A DNA stretch of 29,173 nt from Macrostomum lignano (GCA_002269645.1 NIVC01004992.1:1-29173), one strand, 5' to 3'. Shown: positions 10,771 to 21,608, numbered from the stretch's first letter. Made by a program: numbers and translations. The notes: generated from the letters alone by a model not told the origin.

Positions 10771-12349
10771 TCACCCCAACTGTTCTGTGCCAATTTTTGT
10801 GCAACAGCAGTGGCAGCGGTAGCAAAAGCAGACAATTACTGGCAGTCTTTTGCTTCTTTCCAGTCCCTCAACCGATGACAGTCGAGTCGAAGTTTCGGCT
10901 GCCGCGAGATTCTTAATACCGGCTGCAAATTCCGCATCTGAATCCGAAGTACAACAGGAAATGAAACCGGAACCTGAACCGGAAGTGAAGCTGAAACCTG
11001 AACCGGTAACAAAGCCGGAACCTGAAACGGAAGTGAAGTCGGAACCTGAACCGGTAACTAATCCAGAACCTGAATCAGAAATGAAGCCGGAACCTGAACC
11101 GGAAGTGATCCCGGAGCCGGAAATACAACTGGAAGTGTCGGAAGCAGTGCTGGGCATAAAACTGGGTATCATTTGGTCGCCAGACTGCAACAGATGCGTC
11201 ATAAACCGGATGTATCCAGCAGCTAGGTGAAGTGTCTCAACGCGAGAAGCTGGTCGTCGGAGCTTCTTTAGGCCGCGCCCGATGCTCGACTGCAGTTTGC
11301 TGCGCAGCGCGTCAAAGGCCCGGTTGAGGCAACGCATGCGACGTCGCTCCCTGAAAGGAATTTTAAGGAGCATTGTCGCTGACTGCGTTGCTATGGAACA
11401 GCGTTGCTATGTAGCTGCGTTGTTATGGAACAGCGTTGCTATGTAGCTGCGTTGTTATGTACGCTCGTAGCTGCGTTGCTATGGAACAGTGTTGCTATTA
11501 TACTGCGTTGCTATGGAACAGTGTTGCTATGTAGCTGCGTTGCTATGGAACAGTGTTGCTATTATACTGCGTTGCTATGGAACAGTGTTGCTATTATACT
11601 GCGTTGCTATGGAACAGTGTTGCTATTATACTGCGTTGCTATGGAACAGTGTTGCTATTATACTGTGTTGCTATGGAAGAACGTTGCTATGGAACAGCGT
11701 TGCTATGATACTGCGTTGCTATGGAACAGTGTTGCTATTATACTGCGTTGCTATGGAACAGTGTTGCTATTATACTGCGTTGCTATGGAACAGTGTTGCT
11801 ATGTAGCTGCGTTGCTATGGAACAGTGTTGCTATTATACTGCGTTGCTATGGAACAGTGTTGGTATTATACTGTGTTGCTATGGAAGAACGTTGCTATGG
11901 AACAGCGTTGCTATTATACTGCGTTGCTATGGAACAGTGTTGCTATGATACTGCGTTGCTATGGAACAGTGTTGCTATTATACTGCGTTGCTATGGAACA
12001 GTGTTGGTATTATACTGTGTTGCTATTCTGCATGGTTATGGTTGAGGGACAGCGTTCCTATGGAACTGTTGTAACATGGAATTATGAGTTTTTAGAATTG
12101 GAGAGGCAGCATAAAACATTGGAAATGAAAAGTTGAGATCAGTTGTGCTATAAAGTCAATTGTTTATTAATATCTGCTGGGCACTCGCCTGACATTGGCT
12201 GCCTCTCGCTGGGCCGCAGAAATCGCCCGCTGCCGCTTCGGCTTGCCGCCACCGCGCCAACTCGCCTGCTGATTAGCCGGGGTGTCGGCGGCGCCGGCGC
12301 TGCAGCAGGTGCGACGGAACTCGGACACCTGGTTCATTTGCTCTGGCAT
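10771..12349 (-). CDS. FERD3L: Fer3/Nato3 (FERD3L)-like bHLH transcription factor, 246 aa; exons 12349-12189 and 11350-10771, GC-AG intron 12188-11351
   Basis: Spliced product [35 protein letters not shown]...[20 protein letters not shown] parallels Nato3/Fer3 [24 protein letters not shown]...[20 protein letters not shown] (recalled). Donor AG/GCGAGT, acceptor CCTTTCAG/G. Start ATG 12349 is inferred; 12337 is an alternative. Confidence 0.8.
10961..11128 (-). repeat. Coding 24-bp minisatellite encoding (F/I/V)(T/S)SGSGSG-type repeats in the bHLH C-terminus
   Basis: Units like CCGGAACCTGAACCGGAAGTGAAG (plus strand), about 7 degenerate copies, in frame. Confidence 0.8.
11383..12026. repeat. Intronic minisatellite of two 16-bp subunits (GTTGCTATGGAACAGT + GTTGCTATTATACTGC), about 20 dimers
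   Basis: Read directly; fills most of the bHLH intron. Confidence 0.95.
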
Positions 12350-12740
12350 CTGTCTGTATGTTTCTCGGAAAGTCTTCTTTCGGTTGAAATTCTGTTGCTT
12401 TCTGATCTGCGTTATTCTGAGAAATCTTTTTAGCAGAAAACAAACTCGATAGCAGATGAAGGAAGCAACTAAGCCAGCCAATTAACGGCTCTTGAGTTTA
12501 TTACTCACCGAATGCCGCCTCTGCAACTGGGATTGCACTCAATTTTTATTGGCTAAAAGGCTGGCGGAGATGGCACGTGTCTGAACGATCTGTATCATTT
12601 TCACAAAATGCCATAGCTAGTGACTGTTGGATTGGATGTCCATTGAAATTGGAGGTCCCTGAATGTATAGAGTTGATCTTCGCCTTTGCCTGATGGTCAA
12701 CGCTAGTCAAAAAGTTCTGCAATGACAGTCCAGAAAAGAT

Positions 12741-13083
12741 ACTGAAATGGAGGTGGTGACTGGTAACTGAAGGATGAAATGGAGGCGGTGACTGGTCACT
12801 GAAGGCTGAAATGGAGACGGTGATGGTCACTGAAGGCTGAAATGGAGGCGGTGACTGGTCACTGAAGGCTGAAATGGAGGCGGTGACTGGTCACTGAAGG
12901 CTGAAATGGAGGCGGTGACTGGTCACTGAAGGCTGAAATGGAGACGGTGATGGTCACTGAAGGCTGAAATGGAGGCGGTGACTGGTCACTGAAGGCTGAA
13001 ATGGAGGCGGTGACTGGTCACTGAAGGCTGAAATGGAGGCGGTGACTGGTCACTGAAGGATAAGATAGAGGCGGTGACTGGTC
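12741..13083. repeat. 32-bp minisatellite (ACTGGTCACTGAAGGCTGAAATGGAGGCGGTG), about 10 copies
   Basis: Read directly; occasional 31-bp variant. Confidence 0.95.
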
Positions 13084-13808
13084 TCTTGCCTCTTACAAAA
13101 CTTCCCTTACACTGTATATAGTAATTCTAGCTCGTAATGTAGTATAAGAAGCGTTCGATTTTTAAAAAAATGAATTGGAGTTATGTGGATTTTTTAAACG
13201 AATGACAGACTACCAGCAGAGAAGTGCATTTACTGAATATAGGCTATATATACATACATCAAGCATCCAGTAAAGGCTTTGACAATCTGACCCCTCGGTG
13301 CAGTGCGGTTTCCGGATGAGGGCCAAGTTGATCAAGTGTAATTAATCAATTAGGGGACTCTTACCTGCTGCGGGCAATGATTAGCATATACGCTTGTGTA
13401 TAATAATATAAAGGATATAATCAGCCATGCAGATTGAATCAGAAGAAAAAGCTACAAATAATTTTCTACTCGTCCTTTATTTCTATCGATTCTGGCGTCA
13501 TAAATGTGAATAAAAAAATCAAGTTTATGGAGTAAAATTTATATCCTATAAATAAAACGGTGTAGCTTTTTATTTAGCTTCAAAGTTAATTGGTTAGATA
13601 ATTATCAGCCCTGATTGAGCGCTGTGTACTATAAGGTAAGCCCCCAGACGAAGGTGTGAAATAATCATAGACTAGGTCATAAAAGCGGGCCCAGATTCCC
13701 GTTGGCTGAATGCCGCCCCTGATAAGAAAGTCGCCAGCTCAGCTGAGTCTGAGCGACGGTCGCCCCACCACCCCAAGAAGGCCGTGCGGACTTTCCGCCC
13801 CGCTTCTG

Positions 13809-13971
13809 ATTGGCTGGCTGGAGGTTGGAGTGGGCGGTGCTCTGCCGCCGCCGGCTTGTGTCGGGGCCGCGGCGCTCCGACCCCCCCCCCGTTTACCGAC
13901 CCCCCCCCATGCACGGTAATTCGCTCAGATCTCAGATTCAGCGACTGATCGGCGGCAGCAGGTGTTATAAA
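13809..13971 (+). promoter_or_regulatory. Candidate promoter of the bZIP gene
   Basis: Inverted CCAAT (ATTGG 13809), GC box GGGCGG 13832 and TATAAA 13966, about 230 bp upstream of ATG 14198. Confidence 0.4.
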
Positions 13972-14197
13972 TCTTTTTAGATTAAATTGATTTGCGGACT
14001 GATTTTTTCGATAACTTAGCGATAGGATCGACAATTTCAGCAGCTCATTGTCAGGATGATTCATAACGGTCCTTCGCGTGAGTTACTCGTACATCACTGA
14101 TTTTTCCACTTTAACAACTTCTACCTGAAGCAACTTAAGAAGATTAAGCATAAGCTAAGGCAAAGTAAAGTAGATCCTGCACAGTGCACTCCCTCAA

Positions 14198-15214
14198 ATG
14201 GATCATTTGTTTTACGCAGAAGTGCAGCAGCAAACAGCGCCGCCACTGCTCGAGCTGCAGCAGCAGGAGCTCCTGCCCTGTTCGATGAGCATTCAGATCC
14301 AGCCAACATTGATTCCTGTATGCCAGCCTCCGACTCAGTACCAGCAGCAGCAGCAGGCTGTATTTCTTCATCCGCAATGTCATTCGTTCAGTGAACAGCA
14401 GCCGCCGCCGCTGCCGCCGCAGCAACAGCAGCACCAGCAGCAGCACCAGCAGCAGCACCAGCAGCAGCACCAGCAGCAGCACCAGCAGCAGCACCAGCAG
14501 CAGCACCAGCAGCAGCACCAGCAGCAGCACCAGCAGCAGCACCAGCAGCAGCAGGCTGTATTTCTTCATCCTCAATGTCACTCATTCAGTGAGCAGCAGC
14601 CGCCGCCGCCGCCGCAGCAGCCACAACAGCAGCAGCTGAACATGCGGCACTATTTACCTGAGCCGCTTAGTCAGCAGCAGTTCACTTATCCGAGCACCTC
14701 GTCAACCGGCTCCGACGCGCCGCTGGCAATCGAGCTCGAGGTCCCTGCCGATGACCAGCCGCCTGCCAGATGCCGGAAGCGTCGAGCCGCCAGTCGAGTG
14801 CCGGACAGTCAAAAGTCGGACGCCTATTGGACTCGCCGATTGCGCAACAACCAGTCGGCGCGTCGGTCGCGCCAGAAACGGCGCCAGAGCGAGCGCAGCC
14901 TGGCCGAGGCCTACAGTTGCCTGTGCGCTGAGGTGTACTCGGACCTGCTGCTGCAGGCGGGCCTCCTGCGTGCCCGCAGCCTCCTGGGCGGCCGGCCGCC
15001 AGCGCTGGAGGAGCAGCCCGGCGGCCTCTTCACCGACAGCATCTGCTACGGCCTGAAAGCGGCTTTTCAAGCCTGCGGGCTGGGCGCCTCCGTCTGCTTG
15101 CCGTGGCGCAGCGGCGGCGTCATCGAGGACCTCAGCGCGTGGTCGGAACGCCGGTTTGTACAATTTGTTGGCAGCGAGGCGGAGCAGCAGCCGCCGGCGA
15201 TGGACAGGTGCTAA
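14198..15214 (+). CDS. PAR/NFIL3/ces-2-like bZIP transcription factor, 338 aa, Q-rich N-terminus, apparently single coding exon
   Basis: RVPDSQKSDAYWTRRLRNNQSARRSRQKRR matches the PAR-extended basic region (xPxExKDxxYWxRRxKNNxAAxRSRxxRR). An irregular Leu zipper follows. Confidence 0.85.
   Translation: MDHLFYAEVQQQTAPPLLELQQQELLPCSMSIQIQPTLIPVCQPPTQYQQQQQAVFLHPQCHSFSEQQPPPLPPQQQQHQQQHQQQHQQQHQQQHQQQHQQQHQQQHQQQHQQQHQQQQAVFLHPQCHSFSEQQPPPPPQQPQQQQLNMRHYLPEPLSQQQFTYPSTSSTGSDAPLAIELEVPADDQPPARCRKRRAASRVPDSQKSDAYWTRRLRNNQSARRSRQKRRQSERSLAEAYSCLCAEVYSDLLLQAGLLRARSLLGGRPPALEEQPGGLFTDSICYGLKAAFQACGLGASVCLPWRSGGVIEDLSAWSERRFVQFVGSEAEQQPPAMDRC
14420..14554 (+). repeat. Coding (CAGCAGCAGCAC)n repeat encoding (QQQH)x10
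   Basis: Read directly; in frame with the bZIP ORF. Confidence 0.95.
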
Positions 15215-15505
15215 AGTGCATAGATGCGTGCACTTTTATATTTGTTTGCTTAATAATTATAGCCACCTCTCCTTCACTCCCACTAGCGCCTATAACAGAT
15301 CTATCATTGTGTATTATCATAATCGTTGAAACGAGAAGATAGTACTGGTTTTCTGTCACTTTAAATGACGAGGACAACGATTCTTTAAACCTACAAAAAG
15401 TCGGCTATATACTATACTCATACCTACTTAGAATAGTTCAAAATAAAAAAACAATTTTTTTATATTTGTCTCTAAAATTTTTTTGTTATAATTAGATTAC
15501 AAAAT

Positions 15506-16860
15506 CAGCAGACATTGAAGTTAAAATGGAGCGGGGCAGCGGCACACACTGAAGTTAAAATGGGGGGGGGCAGCGGCACACACTGAAGTTAAAATGGGGG
15601 GGCAGCGGCACACACTGAAGTTAAATGGAGGGCAGCGGCACACACTGAAATTAAAATGGGGGGCAGCGGCACACACTGAAGTTAAAATGGGGGGGTGGCA
15701 GCGGCACACACTGAAGTTAAAATGGGGGGGACAGCGGCACACACTGAAATTAAAATGGGGGGCAGCGGCACACACTGAAGTTAAAATGGGGGGGTGGCAG
15801 CGGCACACACTGAAATTAAAATGGGGGGCAGCGGCACACACTGAAATTAAAATGGTGGCAGCGGCACACACTGAAGTTAAAATGGGGGGGGGGCAGCGGC
15901 ACACACTGAAATTAAAATGGGGGGGCAGCGGCACACACTGAAGTTAAAATGGGGGCAGCGGCACACACTGAATTTAAAATGGGGGGGGCAGCGGCACACA
16001 CTGAAGTTAAAATGGGGGGGGGCAGCGGCACACACTGAAGTTAAAATGGGGGCAGCGGCACACACTGAAATTAAAATGGGGGCAGCGGCACACACTGAAG
16101 TTAAAATGGGGGGGGGGCAGCGGCACACACTGAAGTTAAAATGGGGGGGGGCAGCGGCACACACTGAAATTAAAATGGGGGGGGCAGCGGCACACACTGA
16201 AGTTAAAATGGGGGGCAGCGGCACACACTGAATTTAAAATGGGGGGGGGGGCAGCGGCACACACTGAAGTTAAAATGGGGGGGGCAGCGGCACACACTGA
16301 AGTTAAAATGGGGGCAGCGGCACACACTGAAGTTAAAATGGGGGGTGGCAGCGGCACACACTGAAGTTAAATGGAGGGCAGCGGCACACACTGAAGTTAA
16401 ATGGAGGGCAGCGGCACACACTGAAGTTAAAATGGGGGGGGGGCAGCGGCACACACTGAAGTTAAAATGGGGGGGGGGCAGCGGCACACACTGAAGTTAA
16501 AATGAGGGGGGGGCAGCGGCACACACTGAAGTTAAATGGAGGGCAGCGGCACACACTGAAGTTAAATGGAGGGCAGCGGCACACACTGAAGTTAAATGGA
16601 GGGCAGCGGCACACACTGAAGTTAAAATGGGGGGGGGGCAGCGGCACACACTGAAGTTAAATGGAGGGCAGCGGCACACACTGAAGTTAAATGGAGGGCA
16701 GCGGCACACACTGAAGTTAAAATGGGGGGGGCAGCGGCACACACTGAAGTTAAAATGGGGGGGGCAGCGGCACACACTGAAGTTAAAATGAGGGGGGGGC
16801 AGCGGCACACACTGAAGTTAAAATGGGGAGCAGCGGCACACACTGAAGTTAAAATGGGGG
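15506..16860. repeat. About 34-bp minisatellite (GGCAGCGGCACACACTGAAGTTAAAATG(G)n), about 40 copies, variable G run
   Basis: Read directly; the G run varies from about 5 to 11. Confidence 0.97.
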
Positions 16861-17544
16861 CGATGTATAGTTTTTCTTGAATAGTGTGTTTAGTAATTCA
16901 TTCTGCTTAGCCTTTGCACTGTGAAATTAATCAAAAAATTGATTAAATGCATGCTTTTAATTAATATTTCTTAAAATTTCTGTAATCCGTAATCTGTAAT
17001 CTGTAATCTGTCATCTGTAATCAAGCATCCGCCAGTCTCGCATCTCGCCGCGAGTTTCAAGAGACCGATGCCATTCATGTTACTTCTAGTAGAGTGACAG
17101 ACTCTTGCATCAATCATCTGCGAAGAGAGTCAACAAACTTTTTTTGTTTATTTATAAATTTGAAGCGCCAAGACTATTCTTCAAAACGGGAGAGATAAGT
17201 TTGATTCGTTATCTCCAGTCTGTTTCACAGAGATAGTCACCTTGTATGACCTATATCGATTCGTTCTTCTTCGACTCAAGCCTAGATAATATTAATCATT
17301 TAAGCTGTACTCCATTTTGTTTTTGTCTGTACTTTTGCGTTTTTTGCTCAAAGACTTGCTCAGCGTATTAATAGTTCCTGTAACTATCGAATCTTGATAA
17401 ACGATTATGCCGAATTTCCACACCATTTGTTATAAGTTTTACTGGTGAAAATTATAAAATTTAAGAATTTTATTATTTCGACTTTAAATAACTAGAAAGG
17501 CATTACTTCTTCAGGTGTGGCCTCCATCGAACGACACGAAATAA

Positions 17545-18126
17545 GGTAGTGGTGACTCTCTGAAGGACACGGCATGGGATAGTGGTGAATCTCTGAAGGA
17601 CACGGCATGGGGTAGCGGAACTCGCTAAAGGACACGGCATGGGATAGTGGTGACTTGCTGAAGGACATGGCATGGGGTAGCGGTGACTTGCTGAAGGACA
17701 TGGCATGGGGTAGCGGTGACTTGCTGAAGGACACGGCATGGGATAGTGGTGACTTGCTGAAGGACATGGCATGGGGTAGCGGTGACTTGCTGAAGGACAC
17801 GGCATGGGATAGCGGTGACTTGCTGAAGGACATGGCATGGGGTAGCGGTGACTTGCTGAAGGACACGGCATGGGATAGTGGTGACTTGCTGAAGGACACG
17901 GCATGGGATAGTGGTGACTTGCTGAAGGACACGGCATGGGATAGTGGCGACTTGCTGAAGGACATGGCATGGGGTAGCGGTGACTCTCTGAAGGACACGG
18001 CATGGGATAGCGGTGACTTGCTGAAGGACACGGCATGGGATAGTGGCGACTTGCTGAAGGACATGGCATGGGGTAGCGGTGACTTGCTGAAGGACACGGC
18101 ATGGGATAGCGGTGACTCTGAAGGAC
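17545..18126. repeat. 33-bp minisatellite (GACTTGCTGAAGGACACGGCATGGGATAGTGGT), about 17 copies
   Basis: Read directly; unit length is a multiple of 3, which explains the repeat ORFs. Confidence 0.95.
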
Positions 18127-20541
18127 TGCTGAAAGCTTCAAATAATTTAGAGGAAATTTTTTCTGAGTTGAAATTTTATAAAGCAAGTCTAGATAGCCTC
18201 GACTGCAGACTTGAACTTTTTTTCTTAAAATGACAAGTTAATAACTGTTGCAGTTCTCAACTCATCGATTGCATGAATGAGACCGCCTGCGTCTCGTACT
18301 GTAATATAGCTGTTTTTTTATTTTCCATACATGCACGAGCGTATATTTTGTTGAAGAAATATTTTACACAGAATTCAAGTGTCCTAAAACGGTGAGAAAG
18401 ATATTAATGTAAATGTATTGGAGCACAATAAAGAATTTGCGCCTCTATTAATCTGGTTAAATAATAGAGTAATTAACAGTTGCAAACATTTTATTAGCTA
18501 TTTAAGTGTATTATCGAGTACAATAATACTGAGGAATCAGTAAGGGAATTATAAGAGTAATATTGGGGCTGGCTGCGTCCTGCTGCTGCTGCTGCTGCTG
18601 ACGATGGTGAAGCTGCTGATGCCATGGCGACTGATCCGAGTACGGTCGGGCGGGGAAGGTGCAATACGGAGGCTGCTTAAGTCATTCAGCGCATTACACC
18701 TGCTCGCCCAGCGCACAGGGACAATCTATTAGATTAACTCTCACGATGCTTCGTTGCTGGCAACGCGCCGCAAAGCAGTTGCTTGCTTGGAGAGAAGCGA
18801 GCGAAAGCAAGACGGGACTGGGGCTGGCCGCTTGTATTTGTAGCGACCGAGCACGGGGCGAGGGGGGGGCTGCTCAGGCTGGGTTCGAGCTGGCACCCCC
18901 CCCCGTCCTGCTAGCACGCACTCGCAGGGCTGACAAAGAGAGAGAGAACTGGCTGAGGGGGGATGAGAGAGCGGATTGAAGCCACTTTTATTTATGTGCT
19001 CAAAGCAGTCCCCCCCCCACCAGCCCTGCAGTCCCCCTACTCTCTTGCTCCATTGTTTGCAGTGCGTTGGAGCAGCCGCCGTCAGCTGGGTCTCCATGCC
19101 GAGGCCTGCCCCAGCTCGAACACCCATCTCTACGCTCAATAGCAGACGAAATTATATTTCCGAGCAAAAGATTTTCAGTTGAAAAAATGCTTGAGTAACA
19201 AGCCGGGCTCAAGCCCGGGAGATCTTAAACTTGAATCTGGAGTGCCATCAACTTCTTTTCTGAGTCATGGCCCACTGAAGTTATCCTCAGTGTCTGAGCT
19301 AAAATATGACGGAATTCTAAAAAATTTTTCTGAGAGCTGAAATACTTAAGTAAATAATAGGTTCCTGTTCCTTAGGTACGTCAAAACATATCAGCTTTAA
19401 TTGTTGGCATCCTGAATTTGGACCCCCGACGCCAGATCAGCGCCTTGTAGCTGGTAACTCTTTTTTATTTTGAAGTATCAAATATGACTGACCAATCAAG
19501 CCTTATAAAAATTCCTATTTTTACCAAACAGAAGCTGCGATAGTTTTAAAAAAAAATCAAAAGCCTTTAAGTCTCTTGTCTGTTCGGGAGAGGATTTAGC
19601 CGCTCCAGACTTGTTGCTGAAGGCCTCCCTGACCAGGCCTTGGAGACCACCTCTATACTCTCTGTATATGCGCGTATTATGAGTTCACTCCGATTCAGCG
19701 GTCTCCTCCTGTCAGTGCGCGCAACATCAAGGCCTCGGCTCTCAGAAGCGGCAGGCAGACAGGAAGGCGGGCGGGCGAGAGATGAGAGATGAGACAGAAT
19801 TGAGTAGCCAGTGAATCGGTGGCAGAGAGCAGTCAGTCATGCATGCAGCACAGGAGAGCCAAAAAGGCTTGGGGTGGTGGGGGTTAATTGCTTGTCCGGC
19901 CTTCTCTTTACTTCGCTCTGCAAAGAAATATTTGTTTCTCTCAATGCTATTGTTGCACAGGTGGGCAGACACACACACACGTGGCCATATATTATAGGCG
20001 AATCGCATTGACAGGCCGCATAGCAACTTGCGTATTGAGATTTCTGTCTTCGTTTTTTAATGCCAGAAGCAGCAGCCTTTTTAGTGATGCATTTTTTCTT
20101 GAAAATAGGCAAAGAATGAAGAGATGGAGACGTGTAGATGCCAAGCCTCAGGGGCTGTGTTATTCTCTTTGCATTGCAGACTTGAACCGAATTTTTCGCA
20201 GTTTGCATATAACTTTTGCTCCTGAGCGTGCGCCTTCTTCTAGAGCATAGCTATTCAATTTCTGCCTCAGCTACCGCCGGGTATCCCTCTGTGACTCTAC
20301 AAGCCATCAATGTTTTTCTTTGCATATTTTCAAGCCAGCGCACATCTCTCTTCTCTCTAAGAGCAGCCGAAAAAGGAGCTCGTAGAACTGAGACTAAACT
20401 AATCTGCCGCATTTTTTAACAGCCAAGCTGTTTGTGCCTCTAACAATGCGTTGCTTTGTAAATTTTGGTTCCAATTTAGGTTCGAATATTCAAAGTTTCG
20501 AAAAGCTTATTTTTTATAGTAAAAATCATCTTCGTTTTATT

Positions 20542-20946
20542 TTGTCCGTGTTGGATATTGTCCATGTTAGATATTGTCTATGTTAGATACTGTCTGTGTT
20601 AGCTATTGTCCGTGTTAGATATTGTCCGTGTTAGCCATTGTCCGTGATATATATTGTCCGTGTTAGATATTGTCCGTGTTAGCTATTGTCCGTGTTAGCT
20701 ATTGTCCGTGTTAGCTATTGTCTGAGTTAGATATTGCTGTCTTTGTTAGATATTGTCCGTGTTAAATAATCTCCCTGTTAGATATTGTCCGTTTTAGATA
20801 TTGTCCGCGTTAGATACTCACTGTGTTAGATACAGCTCATGTTAGATATTGTCTGTTTTAGTAGATATTGTCCGTGTTAGATTCTCACTGTGTTAGATTC
20901 TCACTGTGTTAGATACAGCTTATGTTAGATACTGTCTGGGGTTAGA
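20542..20946. repeat. 16-bp minisatellite (ATATTGTCCGTGTTAG), about 25 degenerate copies
   Basis: Read directly. Confidence 0.9.
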
Positions 20947-21322
20947 CAGACGGAAGGGTAGAAACTGCCACCCCCCTGAAATATGTATTGAAGGGCCGCT
21001 GCGGTTAGGTAAAAAACAACCGAGGAAAACTGTGTTCCGGTTCTAGCTAGTGGCTCTTCAACAACAACTAGCAATTAAATTGATTGACTGAAAACTTAAG
21101 AACAGTTTTTTATCCAGTTCACAACGAATGCCATCAAATTTATAAAACTATCGTCAAAGTGAAGAAAGGAAGAGAGTTCTTAGTTACCGAGACGGAGTAG
21201 CGATTTGATTCTCTGATTAAAGAAAGCCAAAAGAAAATAGCATAATACTACTCTTAAGTAGATCAGAGCAAATATTCTTACTCTGCTTAATCAGAAAAAG
21301 CTTCCTCAATACGTGATTGATA

Positions 21323-21426
21323 CTCTCCCCTCTCCCCTCTCCGCTCTCCCCTCTCCCCTCTCCGCTCTCCCCTCTCCCCTCTCCCCTCTCCGCTCTCCGC
21401 TCTCCCCTCTCCCCTCTCCCCTCTCC

Positions 21427-21467
<41 letters not shown>

Positions 21468-21524
21468 CCTCTCCCCTCTCCCCTCTCTCCTCTCCCCTCT
21501 CCGCTCTCCTCTCTCCGCTCTCCC

Positions 21525-21558
<34 letters not shown>

Positions 21559-21608
21559 CCTCTCCCCTCTCCGCTCTCCCCTCTCCGCTCTTCCTTCTCC
21601 GCTCTCCC

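Noticed and set aside
10850-11230. Plus-strand EPEPEV-repeat ORF
   Set aside because: Antisense reading of the coding SGSG minisatellite; TTG start and no independent homology.
7644-11470. Shared TACGCTCGTAG near the edges of two arrays, and GCTCGTAGAACTG at ~7647 and ~20378
   Set aside because: 11-13-bp matches are expected by chance among all position pairs in 29 kb.
11404-12136. Cys-rich ORFs ([16 protein letters not shown]...)
   Set aside because: Translations of the intronic minisatellite, antisense to the bHLH gene, cycling through frames with the 32-bp period.
12167-12481. Two separate bHLH fragments or achaete-scute-type genes; N-terminal extension from 12481
   Set aside because: The two ORFs splice into one Fer3-like domain. 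12481 is a TTG, and 12508-12417 looks like a 5'UTR intron (G/GTGAGT...TTTCTCAG).
14144-14639. Poly-LLLV, poly-AAGA and poly-SSST ORFs
   Set aside because: Alternative frames of the CAGCAGCAGCAC repeat.
15521-16843. Many HTLKLKWGG / FNFSVCRCPP ORFs
   Set aside because: Minisatellite translations whose frame changes with G-run length.
18560-20430. ORFs of 66-132 aa on both strands
   Set aside because: Mostly non-ATG starts, no domain similarity, no consistent splice structure. May be regulatory or UTR sequence, but nothing I can support.
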